From Eledone cirrhosa (lineage: Eukaryota), in the NCBI GenBank assembly GCA_964016885.1, contig OZ024741.1:314092001-314156000 (forward strand): DNA of 64,000 nucleotides, given 5' to 3'. Position 1 is the first letter of the stretch, and every line of letters begins with the position of its first letter. Under the pieces are notes generated by a model. It did not search any database. It saw only the letters and a list, made by a program, of their open reading frames with translations, and was not told the origin of the DNA. Below, piece after piece: positions 53,984-64,000 of the stretch. A program made the position numbers and the translations under genes.

Positions 53984-56580
53984 AAGATTGAAAAATAACA
54001 TGGTTGGCTGTACAAAAAGGTTTTATTTCTAGAATTAACAATTGTTTCATTGATCAGATGAGTCCAAAGGCCGCTAATCATTCGAAGTTGCGTCACTTGA
54101 CCTTAAATACAGTGTTTACCTCTGATCAAATCATCGGTATACTGGAGGTTTTACATATGGCATTGGTATTTATAGATACAACGGAAAATAAAAACAATAA
54201 CACCAATAATAAAATGTAAAAATAAACAAGTAAAGAAGTTAGAATGAAGATGATAAAGATGTAAAAAATAAGTAAAAAAATAATAAGTACAGAATACAAT
54301 TGCTGATAATGGTGGTGGTTGTGATTAAAGTTACAGTGGTGGGTAAGTGTATGTGTAAAGACGTGGCGGGGCTAGAAATAATACTAACATGAAACGAAAC
54401 ATTAAATACATACATACGTAGTGGTCAAATCTCAGAGGATTAGAGTAGAAAATAAAAATTAGTAACAAATGACAGATAAACGATAATAAATTAAAAATTA
54501 AGTGAGTGGGGAAGAGATACAGGACAGGAGACAGAGGGTGGGGGTGGCGATACGATGATACGTGTGGTAAATGTCTGGCAGGCTGATTGTCTTATCTTAA
54601 TGGAGGTGATGTGGCTTTAGGGAGAGAGATTGAAAGAAAGGTTAGGAGATTTATGATGTTGATTTAGTGACCAGTTGGTCAGTTGACAGCTAATAGCAGT
54701 GGGGTGGTATGTAGTCAGTACATTAAAATCCGGGTGGTTCTGCTTGAACTCTGAGATTGCTGGATCGAATCATGTTTGTTTGAAATTTGCGAACTTTGTA
54801 GCTGCTTTGTGCCTACAGAAAATTAATAATTCTATTTTGCTGTTCAGCAGCACCTTATCATACTTTAAAATAGGGAACAGCTGCATATTGCAAAGTCAGC
54901 AGTCGGACATTCCATTGTTGTAGGCCCTTGCTCCCGATAATTTCGACCAGCTGATCCCATATTCTTGGTTTGTGTCCATAAGCTGCCAGATTTTATTGGT
55001 CAGCGTTGTTGAATTCTCTAGTCTACGGTTCTTCATAGAGTGTTTGTGAACGTACCATCACTTTTTTTAATTCCCCTGCCATAGAACCTATGTAGTGCCA
55101 TGCTAAGTTGCCCGAATTGATAGTACACAGGTACACTATACTTGATTCCAGGGATCTATTTTGTAGTGGGCACTTATCCGGCAGGTGGCAGTTACAGTTG
55201 AAGGCTTTCCTGTGTGCAGGTTCTCCGTTGCTGTTTTGTATGTTGTTATGGATGGGCTGAGATGTAGGTTATTTATGTTTTGTTGCGATGCGCCCTGACG
55301 TGTGTGTGGTTGTGATGTTATGAGTTTGAGTTTTGTATTTGGTGCTATGGTGTATGTTGGTAGGTTATTTTCCTTAGAGATTCTTTTATAGATGATTTTA
55401 TGTGTGTGATACTATGTTGGCTGCAGCAGAGTAAGAGAGTTTGATAGTTTTTCTGTTAAAGATTCTATGGTATATGTGTAGTTTAGGGAAGTGTTTGTCA
55501 ATTAGCTTAAAGAATGTAGAAGGTAGTTTCGTTTTTATAGAGGTGTTGAATATTGGATTGAACCATAAGTATTTCTTATCTCTGGATTTTCTATAGTTCC
55601 TAGGGGTCCCTGTATTAGTATTAGGTCCAGTTCTAATTCTATGTTTGTTATTTCTATACGTGTGGGTAGCGTAGCTGTCGTTAGGTTTGTTGTTGCTCTC
55701 TCTATCTGGTATGTATTTGAGCCCCTCCTTATGGCCTGCCTTAAGTAAAGCTATGTTATAGTAGTTTGCGTGTTCGTTAAAAATCTCTAGTTTAGAAGGT
55801 AGGCGTGATATTCTGAGTGATATACTATGTGATATGGAGTTAATTATAGAGCGAATGTGGTTTGAGTTATAACTAATGTAGGCTAGATTCTCGTTATTTT
55901 TATGGAAGGGCTCTATTTGTCCTGTGTTTAGGTTGAATGTTACATCTAAGAAGTTTGCTTTTTAAGAGTTAAGTTCGAAAGTGATACCTAGGCCTAGTTT
56001 GTTGAAGAAGACTCTGATCTTTTCCGTAATCTTTCCATGTTTTGATTATTTAAGTTTTTAGCTAAAAGTAGTGTGTCGTCTCTGTAAATTCCTCCTTGGA
56101 GGTTATTAAATTACTTATCTAAGTTATGCCCTATATATATTCCAACTATGTCTGTTACCTGTGCCGAGTCGCTAGATCCCATTGTGATATCGAAGATATG
56201 CTGTCAGTTTTTTCGTTCCCGGCAACTATTTTCGAATCTAATGATAGTTCTCTTAGCAGCTAGTATTATTCTAATTTCATCAGAGGTTAGGTCCGAGTTT
56301 TTCTGGGCAAAGGCTAGCGCTCTATCTAGTATATACTTGCTAATTCTACCTATATCCGACTTCGATGGGCATATTAATCTAATTGTGGGGTCTGTTTCGA
56401 AATTATTTTTAGAATCTTTTAGGTTACATGTGGGGTTACAAGGAGATAGAGGCTCGGTTCTATCAGATATTTTCAGTTTTGTTACTATGCTAAGTCCTTC
56501 CTTATTAATGCTAGTGAGTGTAGATTCCATAGTTTTCCTATATTTTTTGTGTAGTTCACGGCGTATAAAGTTATTGTATG
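53980..56580 (-). mobile_element. Decayed 5'-truncated PLE, same family as 47270-49233, with 3' pLTR
   Basis: RLICPSKSDIGRISK, FDITMGSSDSAQVTDIVG, GIYRDDTL, WFNP, CNCHLPDKCPL, YIGS, CPTADFAICSC region. Confidence 0.9.
54029..54145 (-). ncRNA. Decayed type I hammerhead ribozyme
   Basis: CCGATGA-tTTGATCAGA...TCTGATCAAt-GAAAC-AATT-GTT; 9-bp stem II, weak stem I. Confidence 0.6.
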
Positions 56581-56581
56581 T

Positions 56582-56614
<33 letters not shown>

Positions 56615-56620
56615 GTGTGT

Positions 56621-56661
<41 letters not shown>

Positions 56662-56800
56662 TGTGTGTGTATGTGTGTGTATGTGTGTGTGTGTGTGTGT
56701 ATGTGTGTGTGTGGGTGTGTTTGTGTGGGTGGGTGTGTGGGTGTGTGGGCGTGTGTGTGTGAATATATATTTAGACATATATATATATATATGTGTATGA
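56580..56800. repeat. (TA)n/(GT)n microsatellite
   Basis: Direct inspection. Confidence 0.95.
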
Positions 56801-57379
56801 ATATGCATCAGTCTGTGTTGAATTAGACATCTTTCGCAAATGCAACAACAAACTAAAAACTACTAATCAACCGTTAATACCTCACACGCAACAACAACAG
56901 CAACAAAAAGACTATAAAATACAAAACAATATATAACGAAGGAGAAGCAACTCCAATAAGCTAGAATACCACGCTCCCCCCTATCACTTCCAACACCTCA
57001 CCTTCAACATCAATCTCCTCGCTACCACCACAGGAACATTTGAGAACATTCTCTTACACATCTTACAGCTCCAACCATCACAACATCACCTCAATCAACA
57101 ATTGCAATGGCCATAACTATATTGTTGTTACAATGGTGATAATGATTTCTCTGACAGCTACCCAATGCACTCACTACACAAAGAGCCGGGCAACATTCCA
57201 AGGACTATCCACTCCATGGGTAACGCAAGCATGAATTGCGGGAAAACAAATACAAATGAATACAGATCACAAATCGCTTGTCCTATGGTTAATCAGATAG
57301 CGCGTCCCTCAGGAAGGTGCCAACTTCAGATGGAAACGTCTTCCTCTGGCACAAACTCTTCTACTAGATGTTCACTTGA

Positions 57380-60300
57380 ACAGTGATTGCCCCAAGTCGA
57401 GCCACCCCCTCCCCCAGCTCCCCCACCAAAGCCACCTCAAAATGAAAATGTAAAACGATGAAATGGACCCGAGAAGTGTATAAATAAGTAATATACGCAT
57501 ATTACTATGCATTAGGTAAGCCATCACAAGGCAAATACACCGCAAACTATCACAAAATTTGGAAAACACGAAATATAGCTAGCAAACGTTATCTGGATGA
57601 AAATAAGTTAGCAAATGTTAGGACGGATATTTTCAGAAATAATATACTCACAGATACTGAAATAACTGCGATAAAGCAAGCTGTGGAGAATGACATATAT
57701 ATAATTCATGAAAAAACTGAAGAATCTCCTGGAGATAGTAACCAGTCACAAGTCTTTATCGAAAGACAACCATCTGACTAAATCTCAAATAAGTTTGTAG
57801 AAATGAGAAATCCTATTTAACTTGCTGAAAATAGCAGGAATGGGACAAAGAAACAGTACTCGAAGACCAAAGCCTTTTCTGAAGAACACAGAGAGTCTAT
57901 GAAGGAATTGAAACAGAAAATAATTAATGAGCTTGCAGTTGTAAGACTCGTATAAATGATAGAGAATCACTTCAAATCTCCCAAATACAATCCAAAACTA
58001 ATATTGATTAGTAACTGTTACAAAAGAAACCATAGACGAATTAGAACCTGATCTTACTGGGTTAAATGAAATCTTTTATGCATCTGCTAGAGTTATTGAA
58101 ACAAGTTGTTTACCACCAAAAATACAAAGAAAGTCTAACTTGAGGAGTAAACCCGTTTGGAGAAGTAGAATTGAAAAGAAGATTAACCTAATGAGAGGGG
58201 GAAATATCTTTACTGAATGAGCTAATCACTAAAGATGATGTAAGATCCAGGAAGGGAAGAAAGCTATAGAGAAAATATGAACATACTTCTAGAGAAGTAT
58301 CAATATCAACAAAGGAAATTCTGAAGCAAAAAGACCAAGTTAAAACCCAACGTATTCATAGATTCAAGAAGCGAAACAATTTCTTCATGCAAAATGAATT
58401 GTTCACATCCAATGCTATAGTCATTTTATAGAGAAATAGGGAAGGAAAAAATAATTATTGAAGACCCTCCTTCCATAGAATAAGTTGAAAACTGTTGGAG
58501 AAAGATTTCGACTGAATAGAAGTCATATAATGCTAATGTAGATTGGATTAGTCGCTTGTAAACATCCTACACACATTTACAACAACAAGCATGCGAAGAC
58601 ATCTCTATAGCAGACTTAAGGATGACACTCAATAAAGCTCATGAGTGGAAATATCCTGGTCTCTACCGGGTGCCAAATTTCTGACTTTCCTCACTTCTGT
58701 GTATTCACAATATATTAGTCAATCTGTTCAACGGAATTATGAAAGATAAAAAGAGCAAATAACAATGAAACTAAGGATCCAAAAAGACTATTGCCCCATA
58801 ACCTGCTAGCCCACCACTTATAAAGTATTACCCTCTATTCTCATGGAGAAAGCATACGTGTTTATGGAGAATAATTTTTTTCGCATTGAACAAAAAGGGT
58901 GCTGACGAGCTTCATATGGTTGTAAAGATCAGCTCTTGATTAATCTATGATCCTTCAGAACTGTCGTAATAAACGCAGAAATCTCAGCTTCGCATGGATC
59001 ATTTACAAAAAAGCTTTTGACAGTATACCTCACTCATAGATTCTGAAATCATTGGACATCTTTAAAATCTTACCTGTGATTTCAAATTTTCTGAAACACA
59101 ATATGTCATTGTGGAACACAAACCTCCAATTATATCATTCCAATGGAGTACTAAAGTTCTAAGAATATAATCACCAAATGTGGCATTTTCCAATGAGACT
59201 CACTTTCACCCTAACTATTTTGGATAGCTTCAATACCCCCCTTACATCTGAATATAATCGAGCAGAGTATGGTTACAAAATTGCTCACAAGAAAATAAGC
59301 CACCTATTTTATATGGATGATTTAAAGCTATATTGCAGAGACATTGCGGACAGTAAAAATATTTAGTGATGATATAAGAATGGAGTTTGAACTTCATAAG
59401 TGTGTCAAAGCCACTTTCAAGAAGGGGAAGCTTGTCAACTCAAACTCAGGTGAATTAAATGCTGAGACATTTATAAAGGAACTTGAGCAGGAACAAACCT
59501 ATAAATTCTTAGGGATTAATGAGGGCTCAAGCATTCAGCATGCAAGTATGAAAGAGAGGATAAGGAAGGAATGTTACAGGAGAGAACGCGCAGGTCTGAG
59601 ATCAGAACTAAATGCATATAACAAGGGGTTACTCATAAATTCCTTGGCAGTTCCAGTTGTCAATTATATCCTCGGTGTGTTGAACTGGAATATGAGTAAA
59701 ATTAATATAATTGACACAAAATTCCGTAAGATACTGTCTTGTTATAGGATGCACCACCTGAAAGCAATTGTAGTTCGTCTTTACCTTCCTAGAAATCAAG
59801 GAGGCCGTAACCTGATTCAATTTGAACTTACCTACAAAACCAATACTATTGCACTGAACAAATAACTTGTAACAACAAACGACTGTATGCTGAAACTTGT
59901 TGAAAATCATGAGGGAAGTAAGAAGCTTCATTATATCTTGAAGGAACTAAAAAAAATACGCTACTGATCTCATGCGTGATCCCCAGGTTGGACAGACCTA
60001 GGAAACTGTTGAAACTGATGCTACTAAGCATATACAATTAATGGCAAAAACAAAAGGACCAGAACAATTAGCATCAAAGTGGGAGCAGAAACCTCCGCAT
60101 GGCAAATATGTGGCCCGTAGCAAACAAGCTGATGTTGACCAGAAGCATTCCCATCAGTGGCTACGTAATTCAGTGATAAAAGCAGAGAGCGAAGGCTTCA
60201 TCATACCTGCCCAAGATCAAACCTTACTGGCAAGAAATTACCAGGACAATGTGATGGGAAATGGAGTAAATCCAAATTCCCGATTTTGCAATGTTAAGTT

Positions 60301-60850
60301 TGAAACAGTAGACTACCTAGTTTCCGGATGTAAAGTTTTAGCCCCAGTTGAGTACAAATATAGACATGACAGAGGTTGCCAGTATCTGCATTGGGTAGTA
60401 TGTCGGCATTATAAAATCAAAGCTGCTGACAACCATCACATTGTGGCTGTAACTGAAAGAGAAAAATTTACAATTCTTTGGAACTTTCCTGTATATACTG
60501 AGAGGACCATGAAATCTAATAGATCAGCTATCATTATAAATACCAACATACCAAGGTCTGTCTATTGATTGATATGAGCATCCCGTGTGATTACAATATC
60601 GCGGCAAAAGAATTTGACGAGCTAACAAAATATAAATATCTGCTAATTGATCGAAACAAAATGTGGCACCTCAAGGCCGTTACAAAACCAGTGATCGTGG
60701 GAGCACTGGGAATGATCAAGAAAGTAACAGAACAGCATTTGAGAATATTCCCTGGTTTACTCTCTCTCTCTCTCTCTGCAAGAGGTGCAAAAAACTGTTT
60801 TGACTGGTACTTCATACATATTGAGAAGAGCACTATCTCTGTAAACATGA
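57380..60850 (+). mobile_element. Decayed R4/Dong-like non-LTR retrotransposon (RT, zinc knuckle, restriction-like endonuclease)
   Basis: EQKG, GCKDQLLI, YKKAFDSIPH, SHLFYMDDLKLY, YKFLGI, RLYLPRNQGGRNL, AQDQTL, ETVDYLVSGCKVLA..Y..RHD, LIDMSIP, PVIVGALG. Confidence 0.85.
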
Positions 60851-60959
60851 TATCCCTCCATTTGGAAAAAAGCAGAACTCAAAGCAAGTTTCAAATCATC
60901 ATCATAATAAAAATGATATCCTGGTTTAGATGGAGTTCGAAGCTACTGGATCAAAAGAT

Positions 60960-61930
60960 TTAGTCAAAGCCATGAACGAATAACTGAACAACTTATCATA
61001 TAGCTAAATGCTGACCAAGTGATACTGGAGTGGCTGACAAAGGGAGGGACTCTTTTCTGCATAAATATTTCACTAAAGGAAATGCGGTAGACAACTGCAG
61101 ACCGACAACATGCCTACCAGTATGTGGAAGTTATTGACTGGAATATTTGCAGAATCAATGTATGTGCATCTTGAAAGGTTGTGAAGCAAATACAAGAGGG
61201 AGGTTATTAGTACGTATGGATATTGGAAGTTGATAAAATAATGCAGGAGGAAATTAAAGAATAATTTAGGGTGTAATAGTTACGCAGGCTGAGTTTTATT
61301 CTAAAGTCGAAACTGAATGGAAGGAATAAGATAGAATCTATCAATTCAAGAGCGATATCACTCCTTAAATATTAGTTTAGAACGGTAGACAAGAAGGATA
61401 TTGACTAGGTATGGGGTATTTCACGCAACGAGTGATATTGACATATTATATATACCAAGAAAAAGAAGAGGAAGAGGACTGCCGGGGTACCAAGACAGTA
61501 TTAAATCAGAAGAAATTATCATGGCGTGGTACATAAAATATTCCACAGAACAGCTGTGCAAAATAGAAGTTTGCAAAGAAAAAAAAAACAGAGTACAAGC
61601 ATTTGAGGATGGATGACACTGAACGTAAATGGATAGAAAAACGAATATGTGGAAAATTCCATAGACATGTTAAAGATAGGACAGCCAGAGGAAAGAAGGT
61701 AGTTATGGATGTCTAAAAGTGAGCTAAAACCGGAAACAGCATCCTTAATCTGTGCTGTTCAAGAACAAGCACTTAGAACTAACTACATCAAGCATAGAAT
61801 AGACGACACAACAGAAAGTGTTAAGTATAGAAGTTGCGGAATGATAGAGAAACTGTATGAAACATTACCAGTCAATGTGCACCACTAGCTGAGAAAGGAT
61901 ATATAAAAGACGTCAAGACAACATAGCATG
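60960..61930 (+). mobile_element. Second, more decayed R4/Dong-like fragment
   Basis: RPTTCLP, FHATSDIDILYIPRKRRGRGL, LICAVQEQALRTNYIK. Confidence 0.7.
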
Positions 61931-62505
61931 GAAAGTGGGGAGGCTAGCACGTGGGACCCCATTTTGCTGACCATACGAATTAAGACATACAACTTCTAAT
62001 TTTCTTTTATTTACTCTTTTACGATTAAAAGATTATTCTTACATAATACTGAAGTAAAAAAAAAACGTAAGCTAAATATGTAGTGAAATATATAGTGAAA
62101 TAGAACAAGAGTAATATACTGAAGTTTAGCACAAAGGGTGCACACGTCGTCTCATGACACTGAACGCTAACGATAATTCCGTTAGCATCGTCGTGAGGAA
62201 CGCCACTGCGACAAAATTTTCGGAGTTTTCCTCACTTTCGATTTATAATCTAACTGGGCTAGCAATGTCATCCCTTTCTATTGCTGGATTTATTATATTA
62301 TTAACATGGCAGTCAACTTTAGCATTTGGTAAGATAATAACTCATTTGTTATCTTATTCACTTATTGAATATTTTAATTACTTGTCTGTCTTCAAATATT
62401 TTTCTCATTTTCATTAATACTGTCATGTTGTTACCTGATCCCCAAACCTAACAGTAGCGGTCCACAATAAAAGTTGACGTGAAGTTAATACCCGTAGTAG
62501 TCGGT

Positions 62506-62599
62506 ATGTATGTATGTATGTATGTATGTATGTATGTATGTATGTATGTATGTATGTATGTATGTATGTATGTGTGTGTGTCTATCTCCCCCTCTCTCG

Positions 62600-62680
<81 letters not shown>
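62506..62680. repeat. (TATG)n-(TC)n-(TA)n compound microsatellite
   Basis: Direct inspection. Confidence 0.95.
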
Positions 62681-62682
<2 letters not shown>

Positions 62683-62873
62683 TAAGTAGTTTATAGTTAT
62701 AAGGTTGGTGATTTAAAACTCTACTTCAGAGATTTGATTCTGACTTAGTTTTTGTTTCTATTTAATTGCTAACCTGTAGATATTGTTCTCCATACAGTAA
62801 CGGTTAATCTCACTTGTAATAATTATTTACACACATCTCACTGTGTAACACACTTCTCTTTGTGTAATATATT

Positions 62874-62922
<49 letters not shown>

Positions 62923-62949
62923 GTGTTTGTGTGTGTATACATGTGTATA

Positions 62950-64000
62950 TGTCATCATCATCATTTCACGTCCGCTTTCATCTGCAAGAATGTTTTGCGT
63001 GTGATTACATAGAACAAATTAGTACTGAAGCGTGGCTACTGACCTATCAGACAGGTCAAGGTCATATCGAGAAGTTGTTTTTTGACACAAATTGAATGGT
63101 CCTACCCACTCTTTGTTTAGTAAACTTTCTACGGCCGTATCCTTTTCCTACCACCAACTGCTTTGCAGCGTGTACTGATTGCTTTTATTGTGTAGATCAC
63201 CAGATCTAAGGAGGTTGTGTTTTTGAAACAACTAAAGGTTTATCTCAATTCTTTTATGTATGGGATCTACAGAGGGTGATCTTCCATTCACCAGCCACTC
63301 TGGAGATGTTGACCATAAATCAAACTGCAGGTTCCTTCAAATCTGGAGAAGGGACAATAAGGGAGGGAGATAAGTATGAAGTTACAGATATGTGTGGTGA
63401 TTTGTTTCGTAGGCCAATGAGTAAGGGGTAGGAGTTGCTGATTAGTGTGTCGGGTGTAGTGGTGTGAGGGATGCGGTCAACATGGTGGAGATATGGAGCG
63501 TGATGGACAGATAGGAAGCGGAGTTACGGATGAGTAAGAGTTAGGTATAGCTGATTAGTGTACGGGGAGGGGGTGGGGTTAGCGAGGGTTGTGGTCGATA
63601 GAGATTGGGGTCGTGTTCGAGAGATGGGTAACGGATAGTGAGGGATAAGGTTTTCTAATATGGATGGAGTGAACAATGGGGAGGGAAAGCAGTTACTATT
63701 GCCCAATGGTGAGGATATCTAAGGTGTCTTGTGTGTGAGTGACTCTTGAGGGTGTATGTGTAGTGGATGCCGCATTGGGGAGGACGGATGGGGGAAATAA
63801 TAGTAGAGAGGAGTTGGTAGTTCATGGATGGGTCAGGTCATATTTTATGATTCTGGTCGGGTCTTCATTAACACAGCATAGCGCCAGCCCATTCGATCCT
63901 TTGTCATCACAAGTTTTTTGGGTCTGCCTTTTCCTCGTGTTCCAGCCACTACGATTGCTCTGCATTTCTTTGTTCAGATGCTATCGTCCATACACCTCAC
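62950..64000 (-). mobile_element. 3' end of an RTE-clade LINE (ORF C-terminus, 3' UTR, (TGA)n tail)
   Basis: Minus strand GTRGKGRPKK and MTKDRMGWRYAV at 63855-63945; ends in (TCA)n on the plus strand. Confidence 0.7.

Overview
Gene-poor, AT-rich animal DNA, probably an octopus (inferred from the SINE and RTE sequence style and the extreme (TA)n content). No host gene could be supported. The window is a mosaic of retroelements embedded in (TA)n microsatellites: at least two lineages of Penelope-like elements (PLEs; RT plus GIY-YIG), RTE, L1/Tx1 and R4/Dong-type LINEs, tRNA-type SINEs and Helitron-like non-autonomous elements. The main hidden signal is about 30 type I hammerhead ribozyme (HHR) motifs on both strands, from more than 10 sequence families, read by eye and not tested. 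They include (i) a non-coding, near-identical ~556-bp tandem/inverted array with one HHR per unit and compensatory stem changes in diverged copies (retrozyme-like, predicted to release ~556-nt monomers or circles); (ii) a ~3-kb non-coding tandem element ending in an HHR; (iii) recurrent non-canonical cores (U3-A8 swap, U4A, non-Watson-Crick 10.1-11.1 pairs, GUU sites); and (iv) AATAAA just downstream of many cleavage sites. One PLE ORF is intact apart from a single in-frame TGA at a conserved Cys. Element boundaries are approximate.
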